Source: Blepharisma stoltei ATCC 30299 (Eukaryota > Protista > Ciliophora). Taken from it: a DNA stretch of 64,000 nt. The notes under the pieces are model-generated. The model made no database searches and was not told the DNA's origin. It worked only from the letters and a program-made list of their open reading frames with translations. The position numbers and the translations under genes were made by a program. Below, piece by piece: positions 22,894 to 35,820 of the stretch. The DNA is taken from contig CBFDEM010000063.1 of the NCBI GenBank assembly GCA_965603825.1, positions 372,001 to 436,000 on the forward strand, given 5' to 3'. How positions within the stretch are numbered: the first letter of the stretch is position 1; every line of letters starts with the position of its first letter.

Positions 22894-24396
22894 ATGTCAA
22901 GAGATAAAATTGGACTTCAAGTTCGAACTGAATTGTTTGACCATGGGATTTTCCCATGCCCTCAGCGTCTAAACCAAAGCTCAATCATAAATTTAGTAAA
23001 AACCCTTTATCTCTCTGCGTCTCACGATGGAAAAATTACAATCTCCCAATGGGCTGAAGCAGCAATTAAGCAGCTTTCTCTATCTCTCCAAGAAGCAGAA
23101 GTGTATTTTGAGCTGTTTCGAAGCTTAGCTTATGAGCGGAAACCTCAGCAGCCAATTATAGACATAAAACCTTTTGCGATATTTTTGATCTTACAGCTAT
23201 ATAGTACCGCAACAACCCGAATCAGCTTAGAAAATGCGTCAAGTTTGACGTCAAAATTCAACAGTGACGGTCTCGGCTTATCAGGCTCTGGGACTTTTCC
23301 AAATCCAGCATCCCCACGATCTAAAGCAGTCAGAGGTTTCTTATTTAGCCAGCCAGCTTCAGATTTTCAAATGACCCATCAATTCGTAAAAAGCAACCTT
23401 AAATTGCTTATGAAAGCTATAAGCTCAGATTTACAAGCAATAGAAGTCGCGTTGACTTCCTCTGAATTTAACTCGTTAGGGTTTTTATTTATCCCTATAG
23501 CTGGCACCCCTGAAGTCCCTATAAGCAGAATGGTCCCTTATTATCAAACCAAGCCACAAATGACAAGAGTCCATTCAGATGACCTTTCTGAATGAATAAA
23601 TAGAAAACTAATTTGTCCTACCAATGAAATGATTTCAGAAAGACCTGGGGTGTTATTATTGTCTGCTTTAAACAGAAGTGTAGTAATTAAAGGCCAAAAT
23701 GAATGCCAAGGCAAAGATATAAGGCTTTTTAACTGTGAGGAAAGCTATGTCTATATAAACACAGCGGTAAAACAAATTTCGCTGATAAATTGTAGAGAGG
23801 TGACACTGTTTGTAACTGCGGTTTCTAAGGTAGCGACTATGGATAAATGTGAGTTGTGTACAATAGCACTGACTGCGAATATGCTGAGGGTGGGAAATTC
23901 GGTGGATTGTACGGTTTATGTGTATTCGCAGTTTCCGCCTGTTTTGTATGGAGATAATAGAGGGATTACGCTGGGGCCGTTTAATGTGTATTATCCAGAG
24001 GTGATGAGAATGATGGAAAATGCAGAAATTCCGAATAGTAATATAAACCCTAAGTGTGTTCATAACTGGTCTGCACCGATTGAGATGAATTCAGAGCAGT
24101 CTGGGCATTGTTTTACACTGCTTCAGCCTAAAGATTTTTTTAAGCTGGTGCTGCCTGGGCAGTTTGGGGCTCAAAATCCTGTGCCTCAGCTAACACCTGA
24201 AGAATTTGTTAATGCGATTAGGATAAGAGAAGAGTACTTCGCAAGTATTCAGGGAGCAATAGCCAAGGCTGGATTAAATGAAGAACAAGAAAGAAGGCTT
24301 CATTTAGCAATTCAAGGATATTTTAGAGAGTGGCTTGTATCTTCAGGAAACGTTAAAGGCCCGTTAGAGTTAGTTAGAATGATTGATCAAGAATAA
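22894..24396 (+). CDS. TBCCD1: TBCC domain-containing protein 1-like
   Basis: VRTELFDHG N-terminus; beta-helix NCEESYVYI...PPVLYGDNRGITLGPFN; IQGYFREWLVSSGN. TGA=Trp at 23593. Confidence 0.85.
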
Positions 24397-25017
24397 ATTT
24401 AATTAAGTATAAACTAAATAAAATATTCTGAAGAGCTAAATAAATTTGTTTATTCTGTAAAAAGAGCTTAAAATGTAATTTTTTAACAAAATTTAGAATT
24501 TTTCTTTTGAAAGCAAAGATATAAGTGAAAAAGAGGGAGAAATTCTAGAAATTCTATTTTTTCGAAAATTTTATTTCTTAAGGATAACTTCATAAAAATC
24601 TACATCAGCCTTGTTTTTTATAAATTTTTATTTATTTTTTTATTTAATTTTTGAGAGAGTTTAATAAAAACGAAGACTGTCTTACTTCCATATTTGAGAA
24701 CCAAAAAGTAGCGTTGAGGTTTATATCGGCATTATCTACTCAATATTGTGGATAATTGTAAATAGGAATAAAAAATCGTTTAAAATAAAACAAAGGCGAG
24801 CTAATGCAAGTCAATTATGGATTTATTTATTGAATATTTTTTATTTAAAAATCCTATATGCCTGGATTTATCTAATATTATCTTGAAATAATTATAATAG
24901 AAGCTTACTTGTTATCTTTATATTACTTAGTCAAGTTTATTTGATTAAAATCATATAGTTTCCTTTTCTTAAATATCAATTTTCCTCTCAAAGAATGGTA
25001 AATTAATTAAATAATAT

Positions 25018-25690
25018 ATGGAAAAAATGACTTCTTAAAGATCTATAAGCAGCAAGCCTATGCGAAAAGTTCACAGAATCGAGGCATTATAAAGAATTTG
25101 CATAAATGAAACTTTCAAGGGACAGAAATTCTGTGTTTTTGAAGAAACAAACCCTCAGGGATGATTTCAGTTGAAAGCTAATATAATATCCTTAGGAAAA
25201 GGGATAGCTGCAAGACATATATCTTAAAACATTAGTCACCTACAAAAGTCTTTAGTTCAAAAATCAAGCACCCCAAATTTTGCTGAGTTTCAAAGAATAT
25301 TATAACTTTAATGATTTTCTAGATTTTTCCATCTCTGAAGATATCCAAATTCATCTTAAGCCAGAAGAAAATAAGAACGCAGAATACTGGCCTGGCTTAA
25401 ATACACTATGAGGCAGTTTAATCTAGAAAACAGAAATGGAAAGCCAGATTTAGACAATCATAAGTTATAAAATTCTTTGATTTTTTGATAGAAGACATTT
25501 TGTCTCAAAGTTTGGTTTTAGGAATGGCAGACTAAGATCAATATAATTGATATGCATAGCTCTTAGCAATGATTCAATATCAACTGTTTAGCTAGCAAAA
25601 GACTTAATAGTTGAATGCTGAAAACTCTCCTTATTGGACTTTAGTATGGGCAAGTTATAAGCTAATAATTTCTATTTACGGTCCATTAGA
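25018..25690 (+). pseudogene. Unidentified coding-like relic
   Basis: Higher GC than the flanks, with short codon-like runs (e.g. RRILAWLKYTMRQFNLENR) interrupted by TAA/TAG. No family recognised. Confidence 0.3.
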
Positions 25691-25967
25691 TTTAAAATAT
25701 CTTTTGGATGGCCATATCAAATAAAACGAAATGCCTTTATATATTTTAATTTATTTTTGCTCTTGTCTGAAATCTTTATATATGGACTTCTTTCTCAAAA
25801 CGACTTCGATCATGCTAGAGGTGCTATTTAAGCCATTTGCAGCATTTTGATCTTTTCTAAATACAAAAATAGTTATTTCAACTCCTTTATAAACTCTCTC
25901 ACTTTTGGTTATTTTCGGATTATTTGCTCAGAGTATCCAGCCTTCAAAAATAATAAATTTAAACAGA

Positions 25968-26543
25968 TTAGTTAATATTATTATTCATATACCCACTTTG
26001 TGAAAAATTCAGGAACATTTGCATTATTTGTTGTTCCCTTTCTCTTGAATTTATTAGGTCCATCATAAGTTTTTGATTTATCTCCATAGCGTCTTTGTAC
26101 TTTTTTTCTAAAACATTGATAGTACTCTGCATTTGCTCCTGCTGAGATTGTAGCTGAATACATCGATTTAATATGGCCTCGTTTGCGCTTTTAATTGTAT
26201 TGGCCATTGTTTGTGAGAGTTCTGAAGTTTTTCTATGTATATGGTCTAGTAAATCTTTTTGCCCCTTCACAAAATTCGGATGACTAAAGATTTGTTGTTC
26301 TCCAGAGTCTTTAGATTTATGGAAATCATACATGTTTAGTTGTCTTATGAAGCTGGCTAGGTTTTTATGCCTAAAATATAGGGGCAATATTCGCGATGAA
26401 AATTCGTTTACATCTTTAATTACGAAAGAATTCCCATCATCAGTTCAGGATACAACGTCTTGGTAATCTTCATGGCTTACCATATCAAAGGTTTTTGAAA
26501 GAAATGAGGTCGGTCTGATTCTATCTCTCTTGTTTCTAGTCAT
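25968..26543 (-). CDS. Heat shock factor (HSF) family transcription factor, 191 aa
   Basis: FLSKTFDMV...VVSW(TGA)TDDGNSFVI...YFRHKNLASFIRQLNMYDFHK, followed by a coiled coil. Confidence 0.93.
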
Positions 26544-27595
26544 TATTTTTTATTAAGCGGATAGTAAAGTTGAATTTTCCATTATGTTCTAGAATCGAAT
26601 ATGGCAATAGAAATGATATTCTATACAGAAAATGGGGAAAAGTAAAGGTCACTGTTTTGTATATATCTTGCTCTTTTAGTGCTTAGTCTTTTAATTACGT
26701 TGCTTAAAGGAAACTAATATCGTTTAGTAATGTTTTCAGGTAGTCAGATAAATTTAAAATATTTTATTTTTTTTCATAATTTTCTCCTTTTATCTTGATC
26801 TTCAAGGGATTTTTGATTATCAATAGCTTAAAAATAATGCAGGAGCTCAGATCATTCAAGATGCTGCTTAAAATTTCGAAAAATTTCGTTTTATGTTTTT
26901 GGCGAATTCAAGCAATAAATATCTTAAAAAATGATATGATATGCATTGAAAAAGACTGATAATTGCCTATTTGATCTTTTTCTAGCAGCTACTAGCCAAT
27001 CCTAGTAGTAAAATCTTACTTTAAATCCTAGATCTAAATACATTGAGATATAGCTTAAAACTGAGCCTCAAGTTTTCGTAAAATAAATGTTTGCAGATTC
27101 TAAAAAAAATAAGTTGACTTCCTTATAACTCCTCAGTGCAAAGATCCGTCAATGCATAAGTCATTTATATCATAAGATTTATAGCAATGCCAGCCACGCA
27201 TTAAATTTCTAATAACTGAACTCGAAGAGAAACGATGATTTATATGAGCTATAGAATTGGGCTTGTTTCTTGCTGATATAAAGAGAAATCAATTGTTAAA
27301 TTTTTTTTTAATAAAAGGGCTATTTTTCTATTATGGCTTTATCCATTTCTCAAGTATAGCTTTTTATAAATCAGCCAAAATCATTTAATGGTAAATACAA
27401 TAAGTTTATATTTTAAAATCCTAAGAAAGTATATATATTTCGCTTATTTACACACGTCAAGATTTTACTCATCTCTATTTAAATCGAAATAAAGATGATT
27501 TTCATGATTTTATTTATTTTTATAAAAAATATACGAAACAAGATCAATTATATTTATAAATCTTTAATTTAAGTATGAAAACTTTTAAAAGAATA

Positions 27596-28489
27596 TTAAT
27601 TAAGCTGCCAGTTCAACAAGATTTTTAACAAATCTGCATAAATGCTTCCTGCTTGCTTGTAATCTAAGATAGAATAAGCCTTTGCAAGCTCTGCCTTCTT
27701 AGCGTTTATTTTTTTAATATTCATTCCATATCTAATTGTAGCTTGGGTGAGCCCATCTGATGTGAATAATTTTGCAATTTTTGCTTTAAAGTCTGCCAGG
27801 TCACAATTACCGTTAACTTTTTTAAGATCAAGTACTAATAAAGCGATTTTTATGGTCAGGCTGTTTAAATTTTGATCTCCTTTGATGACACTATTGAGCG
27901 AGCTTCCTGCAAGTGTGAGAGAACTAGGAATTTCGTTGAGGCTACTGACACAGGATGGATTTTTACAAGTTTCTCCAATCCTGGCGAAAAATCCGACTGA
28001 AATATCATAAAGTTTATTGATGTCAATCAAGGCTGGATGAGGATTATCTTCAATAAAATATCTCAAGGCCTTCCCAAAATGTTCTCCAGCTTCATGGACA
28101 TTCTTAGCATTCGCCATCTGCATAATATTTGCTTCAATAAACTCAAAATTCGTGTACAGCCTAAACAAAAGAGTCCTCGGGCCTACTTCGCTGATTGTTG
28201 AAAAAATTCCTACAACTTCATGATAATGGCAGCTGTCCAATTCATGCTCAGCCTCTGCCAGAAAAGTTTTTACTATAATTCCTGCTTTCAAGTAGCTTTT
28301 ATGATATAAAGCTTCCACTATTGCCTTTACATTTAAGCTCACTTTTTGGACATAAGCTGGGTTTAAGCAGTCTTCTCCAATTTCTACGTCTGTTTCTTGG
28401 AATCCTGATAGAAAGCCTTCAAGAAACTCACGCTCGTCTGTGGCTTGGGTTATAAATAATAAGGCGAATATGATCAATGCTTTGTTCAT
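27596..28489 (-). CDS. Secreted helical protein with two internal Cys-containing repeats
   Basis: Signal peptide MNKALIIFALLFITQA; two units of about 135 aa with the pattern GF...C...C...AG. Confidence 0.8.
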   Translation of the reverse strand: MNKALIIFALLFITQATDEREFLEGFLSGFQETDVEIGEDCLNPAYVQKVSLNVKAIVEALYHKSYLKAGIIVKTFLAEAEHELDSCHYHEVVGIFSTISEVGPRTLLFRLYTNFEFIEANIMQMANAKNVHEAGEHFGKALRYFIEDNPHPALIDINKLYDISVGFFARIGETCKNPSCVSSLNEIPSSLTLAGSSLNSVIKGDQNLNSLTIKIALLVLDLKKVNGNCDLADFKAKIAKLFTSDGLTQATIRYGMNIKKINAKKAELAKAYSILDYKQAGSIYADLLKILLNWQLN

Positions 28490-28526
28490 TTTATTAATAT
28501 TAAATGAAATTTATTTGTGAAAAATT

Positions 28527-30098
28527 ATGAATAGCATAGAGATTTTGGAGCAGGATGAAAAAATGAGGTTATTTGTGGATTGAGCGAGGGAAAATGATAT
28601 TTGGGTAAGTGAGAATATATGATACCCTGCAAAATTTGGCGGTAAGTATTTGGGCGTCGTTAGTATAGGAAATATCGGGAATAATGAATGCTTGGTGAGA
28701 GTGCCAAATGAGACAATTTTATCGGTGAAATCCTTAGAGATAAATGAAATTTGAAATATTTTTGAAGATCATTATGATTTATTTTCTGGGATTTCACATC
28801 TTTATGCAGATTACAAAGAAGTTATTTTTCTTATATATGAATATTGTAAAGGGGCAAGCTCAAAATGGTATCATTTTTTCAATATTTTGCCTAAAAATCC
28901 TGAAATCTTATCTGATTGATCATATGAAGAACTCTCTGATTTGCATGATAAAATTCTTATTGAAGAAACCATAAATTCCAAGCTTGAAGAAGAAAAAGCC
29001 ACGAAATTATTGCATGATTTACTACTAAACTACCCATCTCAATTTCCTGGAATAACTCTTGATATAATTAAATGATCTCAAAAAATAGTAAACACAAGGG
29101 CCTTTGCCCACTGCGGAATTTCATTAATCCCATTTGCTGATTTTTTTAATCATGGGGTTTCACATCTTTCTTACTCGAAAGAAAACTCTGAAGATATTCA
29201 AAATGATGATAATTCAGATGACTGTGATTTTGATAATGATGCAGGAATTGATGAAAATGCTATTTATATGAATTTTACTACTTTATGCAATATGAAATTT
29301 GGAAAACAAGAGAATTTTTCAAAAAAAATAAAAACGGTTTTTGAGGAATCTAAGCTAATTGATGAAAAGTTTTATAAATTAGGTAGTCAAGAAGAGGACG
29401 TTTTGAATGATTTTGGGGATTATTTTGTAATTAAAACAGGAAAAAATGAAAATCATGGAAATGGAAGCCAACTTTTTATTTCATATGGAGCATATTCTAA
29501 TAGGATGCTGCTGCAGCAATATGGGTTTGCAGTTTTAGATAATAAATATAATTATGCTTATGTAAAAATTCCTACTACTGAATTGATTATAGAAAATCAA
29601 ATTATTGATAATTTTGAAATACCTTGCATAGATTTTAAAATAAAACGAAAATCGCTTTGCTTAAAGCTGCTGCGCGTATTGAGAGCATTCGCATGAGATG
29701 AAAGCTTAAGCTATACAGCATTTTTATCGCCTTCTGACTTAAATTTAGAGCTCAGGATTATGCACCATGCACTATTGATTTTAAATAAGCAATTAGCTGA
29801 TTTCCCAACATCTATTGATGAAGACTATGCGCTTTTATCACAGCGCACACATGAAAGACTTGAGTTTTCAGTAATTTTTATGAAGATTATTTATCGAATT
29901 GAGATTAAACGCTGCATTTTTTCACAAATAAAATATTTTCAAATTTTGACTGAAATTATATCAAGAATGATGCAAGGTGAACTATTTGAATGCTCTGCAA
30001 GATTAGTGCCGGGAATAGAGAATGAGAATGATTACAAAGGGAATCGAAAAGCAATAAAAACTTATTTAGATTGCCTAAGGATTTTTCATACAATTTAA
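28527..30098 (+). CDS. SET-domain lysine methyltransferase, Rubisco-LSMT/SETD3-like (probable intron 29871-29885)
   Basis: FVDW(TGA), VRVP, VNTRAF, LIPFADFFNH, QLFISYGAYSNRMLLQQYGF and FPTSIDED motifs. Confidence 0.88.
29871..29885 (+). other. Probable stop-less 15-nt intron
   Basis: GTAATTTTTATGAAG; A at position 10; removal gives RLEFSIIYR. Confidence 0.7.
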
Positions 30099-30317
30099 TT
30101 TAATATATTAGGTAAATGCTATTAAATATAAATTCCCTCACCTCTACAAAATTCTAATTCGCTAAGGATCAATAATATAAGAATTATGCATCATTGAAAT
30201 AAAAGTATTTATTTCTCCCTTTAAAACCTTTGAATAATCATAATTCCTACATGTTCAAACAATCTAGCTGCACATAAAATTGATAATAATTTTCAAACAG
30301 ACTTTATAATAAATAAG

Positions 30318-30533
30318 ATGGCAGACCAAGAAAACCCATCCCAGCCCGCCGAAGACCTCACAGTCTTTGTTCAAAACTTACTACAGCAAATGCAAGGAAG
30401 GTTCCAACAAATGTCAGACGCAATTTTAAACAGAATTGACGATATGGGAAGCAGAATCGATGAACTAGAAAAATCAATTGGACAGCTTATGGAAGAAGCA
30501 GGAGTAGAAGAAGCAAAATCGCCAAATCGTTAA
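30318..30533 (+). CDS. HSBP1: Heat shock factor binding protein 1
   Basis: [42 protein letters not shown] is the family signature. Confidence 0.95.
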   Translation: MADQENPSQPAEDLTVFVQNLLQQMQGRFQQMSDAILNRIDDMGSRIDELEKSIGQLMEEAGVEEAKSPNR

Positions 30534-30571
30534 AAAATTATTTAAAGGAATTTATATATATATGTATAATC

Positions 30572-32056
30572 TTACAAATTAAGATTTAAATGAGGGTTAG
30601 GGTTTCCTTTCATGATTTCCCGGATCATTTGTTCTTTTAATTCTCTGAGCGCTTCCCTCACGTCTTTTACGCATTTTTTTGAAACTTGGGTCAACACAGG
30701 TAAAAGTTCGTACAGCGCCGTATCAGAGATATCATCAAACCACGATTTTATAAAAATTCCATTTTTCGGGTGCAATTGGAAATTTTCAGCAACATTATCG
30801 ACAATTATTACCCTTGAAATGTCCCTTCCCAGCTTGTCTAAATCTTTTACAAAACTTTGCCCATGCGCCATTGCATGCTGTCTGTATAATCTATGGTTCA
30901 CATATTTATGTGGGTCAATTTGGTCAATTACCCAATCTGCGTAATCTTGAAGTCCAGCAGTAAAAATCACGACTTCATATCATTCGCTGACTCCTTTTAA
31001 AAATTCTTCACAGCCTGGCCTCACTAGGACTCTTCCTTCATTATTAGTTTCATAATAATGGACTAAAGTTTCATCTAAATCCAGCACTAAAGTATACATC
31101 AGTTTTCCAGGAGGTGGAGGAGGAAGAAAAGGAGGGAAAACAGGCGGCAAAGCTTCAGGAACGTCTTCAGGGACCTCTAGTCTTCGTGCTTGAGATAAAG
31201 CATCATAAATTGTAATAAAATTCATTTTATCTATAGATTGCAATATTCCAGATATGCTGACAGAAATTGCTGTGTGCATCGAATGCTGCTTAAAATGCTT
31301 TAAAATCACTTTTAGAAGTGATTGGATTGATTCTGAGTTTTGCAGCAGCAAAACTCCTGCTTTTGTGACTTTTCTTGCTAAAATTGCATTATTGAAAGCT
31401 TTAATAACCTCGGCAGGAAAATCGTGGGATTTTTTGAGCAAAATTTCAAAAATACTCAAAAGGTTCTGGTGGACAAATAAAAATAAATTTCGGATGTTGG
31501 CTAAGGTTTTTCAGGTGTATTGGGAGTAGTGGCTTGCTAAGGCGACTCCACAGAGCTCAAGAATTAAGGCTTTTCTAATGGATTTTCTTATTTTTTTGTC
31601 TTTGAAAAGAGTTTCAACTTCTCATATGTTTGATCTTTTAAAAGTATCCCAGTAATTGTCACAGATCTTTGAGATGTCTGTTACACCTCTTTGTAAGGAC
31701 TCTAGAATTCGCCATAGACTAGTTTCCAACTGTAACACACTGTCATAATTTAGGTTTCTATATGGTTTTTCACTAGTCTTGATTACCTCGCTTATAATGA
31801 ATTTTTTTCTAATTGGCGCTTTTGACACAGGCTCATCAATTAAAGAAGTGTTTGGGGTCGGTAGCGGTTGTGTCCTTGCTTTGCTGTTTATCATCACAGA
31901 TCCTTGAGGTTTGATCTTTTTTGGCTTCAAGCTAGTTAGCGAGTTTCTTGATCTAATCAGCGGAGTATTTGCACGTTTTAAGGAAGGGAGTTTATTATTA
32001 GGTGTCGATAATCTGGCCTTTTTAGCTATGCTGCTGTCTTTAAGGGCAGGTTTCAT
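30572..32056 (-). CDS. NIF/FCP1-SCP family phosphatase with long N-terminal extension, 494 aa
   Basis: YTLVLDLDETLVH, FTAG, HRLYRQH and IIVDN motifs. Three ORFs joined through TGA=Trp. Confidence 0.9.
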
Positions 32057-32253
32057 TTAAGATTTTATGGGTATAAGAAATGTGCAATTTTAAATATGCA
32101 AAAGTAGGTTCAGGCTTATTGAGATATTTTTTATATTTCAATTGATTTCTATTAGAAAAGAATTTTTTAATAAAATTCTGGGTATGGAAAAGACTATAGC
32201 AAATTTCTTGCATTTTTTAAAGATGTAATTGCTTATGACTTAAAGGATGTAAA

Positions 32254-32511
32254 TTATGAGATTATTCTCTCTTCTATCTCATTCACTCGCCTCTTGCCGA
32301 CTTCTTCGTCATCGTCACTTATAGAAATAGCATCAAGTTTTCCTAATGTAGCAACCATAGTTTGAAATTCTGGGCTTTTTATTAGAAATGTGGATGGATT
32401 GACTGTGCTTTGCAGTCTATAGCTGAGGTTTGAGAATTGCATGTTTGGCGCAGGTGCTCTCATTTTAGTTAAAGCCCTTGAGAAATGTTTTGCATATGCG
32501 AACAACCCCAT
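32254..32511 (-). CDS. Small protein with presequence-like basic N-terminus
   Basis: 85-aa ORF with coding-like composition, AT-rich flanks and an acidic C-terminus. Confidence 0.6.
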   Translation of the reverse strand: MGLFAYAKHFSRALTKMRAPAPNMQFSNLSYRLQSTVNPSTFLIKSPEFQTMVATLGKLDAISISDDDEEVGKRRVNEIEERIIS

Positions 32512-32913
32512 ATTTTATAATTAAACTTCATAAAATTGGCTTTTATGATATTTCTTAATGCTTTCTATTATATGTGCTTCTTTAATTTGCAACATTAAAA
32601 TTTAATTTAAAAAATTATGAGACTATTCTTCAATTAATATTGAAAAAGAACCTTATTAATTTTCTGTATAGAACCAAAATATTTATTGGATACAAAATCT
32701 TAAACTCATTAAAAAATATGAGAGAATAATTATTAAAAAATAAAAATGCATTTCCCAGATTACAAATATATATATACTTATCAATAATCTTTCATCCTCT
32801 ATAAACTGTCAATCAAAAAACAGCCAAATTCTTTTTCTCTAATCTGTACCAAAATTTAATTCTGTTCAATTATAAATAATCCAATCATTTTTTTCACAAA
32901 TCAGAAAATCACA

Positions 32914-33504
32914 ATGCTACACACTTTGCGGGCTTTATTAATTTCCTCCTATGGAAAATCATTAATTGTTTCAAGTGCTCAAGATATATCTGATGACTGT
33001 AATTCTGAATTCAATAGCACAATAGACAATAATCCTCAAAATCCTTGTAAAATAAATAATCCTGGAAAATCAGACGATTCCAATGAGTCTAGCGAATTAT
33101 TTTTGTCGATCGCACTCGTAGTTGGGATCTCATCTGTACTGTAAATCCTATTTAGAATGTGCATCTGCTGCATAGCTTTAAAAATCATAAGCAAAGCCTT
33201 TGAAAATCGAAGACCGAATGCTCAAAGTCTCCAGTTACATAGAGAAAATAGACTGAGAGTTACAAAAGATATGATTGATAAACTGTATCCTATAGAAAAA
33301 TATAAAGATGGGACTTCAATTAAAGGGGAGCCTACCTGCACCATTTGTTTAGTTGACTTTTCAGAAGGACAAAATGTAAGAAAAACCAATTGTTTGCATA
33401 CTTTTCATGCAGAGTGCTTAGACGAGTGGCTTTTTTCTCAATATTCTCATAGATGTCCTAACTGTAACAAGATTCTATTTGATCAGCAAATTCATAATAT
33501 GTAG
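32914..33504 (+). CDS. Single-pass membrane RING-H2 E3 ligase (intron 33141-33155)
   Basis: TM segment spans the intron; CTICLVDF...CLHTFHAECLDEWL...CPNC. Confidence 0.88.
33141..33155 (+). other. 15-nt spliceosomal intron
   Basis: GTAAATCCTATTTAG; contains in-frame TAA. Confidence 0.9.
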
Positions 33505-33525
33505 TAAAATTAATTAGATAAGAAA

Positions 33526-34002
33526 ATGACTGAAAACTCTATATCTCCTAAAGCAGATAAAAGCATTTCTTTCTTCAAATCCTCCAAGGTTGACTCCTGC
33601 TCCTATGTCGCTATGAAAAACGGACAAGCTGTCGCCGTTCCTTACAACACCAATTCCCCCACAAATAAAAGCTTATACTCAAATCATCCAAAGCTAACAG
33701 AAAAGCGAAGCTTGTCTCACGACGTTCATAAAATCAGGCACCATTTGCATGCTGGAATGACCTCAAAACCTCTTGAGCCATATTCCCCAGACGCCCAAAG
33801 ATCTAGACTTCGGAGCGAGGACTTTGTGATTCCTTATAAAAATACTTCACAAATTATTATTGGAGACAGAAACTCTAAATATAAAAGACATTTTTTAACA
33901 ACAGCTCAAAATTTATTAAAGAAGCCAATTTTGCAGATGACGACTAATTTGGGGATTCTATCTGAAAAGACTAAGTGGATTAAATATAAAGAAGACTGCT
34001 AG
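33526..34002 (+). CDS. Basic hypothetical protein, 158 aa
   Basis: Clean ORF; no family recognised. Confidence 0.7.
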   Translation: MTENSISPKADKSISFFKSSKVDSCSYVAMKNGQAVAVPYNTNSPTNKSLYSNHPKLTEKRSLSHDVHKIRHHLHAGMTSKPLEPYSPDAQRSRLRSEDFVIPYKNTSQIIIGDRNSKYKRHFLTTAQNLLKKPILQMTTNLGILSEKTKWIKYKEDC

Positions 34003-34033
34003 GGAAGGTTTGGGTAATTTAATTTGATAATAA

Positions 34034-35521
34034 ATGGAAAGCTTGCTTGGTGTTGAGGTCTTTCTTGCTGTAATTATCCTAATTTTGTATATTTTGACAG
34101 CTGAATTAATTGAAAAATCCAAGTGTGACTATTTGCATGAAACGACGATAGCAATTGGGCTTGGGATGATAGGAGGGCTAGGATTCTATTTCCTTGCAGG
34201 GGATCAAAAAATTGAGTTTTCAACAGGGATCTTTTTCTACTTTGTTTTACCTCCAATAGTATTTGCAGCTGGCTACACGCTGAAATCTAGAAATTTCTTT
34301 CTGAATTTTGGGTTCATTGCTTTATATGGATTCCTAGGTACATTTTTTTCCTTTCTCACATTAGCGATTATGGCAATATTCTTCAATGAGAACGGAGCAG
34401 TCTCAGATACTGACAAAATTTCTACAAAAGACTGTTTACTATTAGCAAGTGTTCTTTCAGCAACAGATACTGTGGCCGCCATCACTGTGGTAAAAGAATC
34501 TAAATTCCCAAGACTCCATTCAATTTTATTCGGCGAAGGAGTGATGAATGATGCTGTAGCCATTGTCCTATTCAGAACTGTCGCTTATATTGGTGATGAA
34601 TTTGACGCCCTTGATGGTTTAAACCTGTTATTAAGCTTTTTATATATGACAGGAACAAGCATATTAATTGGTTTAGGGCTTGGGCTATTAGCTGCATATA
34701 TTTTAAAGAAATTTGGATCAATGGGAGATCACCCAGATAGGGAAACTGCTTTTATTATACTCATGGGATACATGTCTTACATTGTATCTGAGCTTTTAGA
34801 CTTATCAGGGATTATGGCAATTTTTGTATGTGGGGTCACTATGGCTCATTATGCTTGGCATAACTTGTCTAGAGATTCACAACAAGGGACAAATCTTGTA
34901 TTTTCAGCCTTTTCTCAAGGCGCTGAAGCACTAACTTTTACATATTTAGGAATGACAGTGACAACAACAGGATGGGAAGACTGAAATATTTTATTTTTAC
35001 TATGTATGTTTGTAGCCATGGTTGTCGGCAGAGCCGCTTCTATTTTTATGTCATCTGCTATTGTCTATTTACTCCAATGGGGACACTTTGGCTTGGACTC
35101 TAAAAGCATTTGTGTAGCCTGGTTCACTGGTCTGATCCGTGGAGCAATTGCTTTTGCCTTGGTTTTACAAATAGAAAGTGAGCACCAAAAGGTTTTAGTG
35201 TCTACCACCCTTGGCATTGCTTTATTAACTACAATATGCTTAACGAACTTACTATCGCCTTATACAAGATTTATAGGACTAGAATCAAGCTCATCTCAAG
35301 AAATTTATTTTGAATTGATGTCAAAAACAGCTAACACAGATGATAAAATTTATACCCAAACAATAGAAAGCTCAGGGCTGTCTTGGTTTCATAGGAATTG
35401 GCAGAAAATTGATGAGAAATATTTAACGCCGATTTTTGGAGGAATGAAAATTGAAGAAGAACAGAAAAAAGTGTGGGATAAGCTGTGGGCGGATGATGAA
35501 ATTGAGATTAATAAACTTTAA
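34034..35521 (+). CDS. Na+/H+ exchanger (CPA1/NHE family)
   Basis: FFYFVLPPIVFAAGY, SATDTVA, LFGEGVMNDAVAIVL and GLIRGAIAFAL. TGA=Trp at 34982. Confidence 0.95.
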
Positions 35522-35820
35522 TGAGATATTTTTCTAGAAAGCTAAATATAAATAATAAATCGATATTAATTAAAAATATAGTGATTTTATACCCATTTTC
35601 TTAAATTATTTTTCTTAATTAATTTCATATTTTTATTCTGATGCCACGACAAATATGACGATTTCCATTTAACAAAATTTCTTATGACATATTTTGAGTC
35701 TGAATTTTCAAGCCTTTTTAAGGCTTTCAACATGGCTTACTTTTATGCATTGACTGTGAGGAATAAACTAAGTAGTTTTTGTCAAACTTAATCTTTTCTC
35801 ATACCCCATCCTAATCAAAT

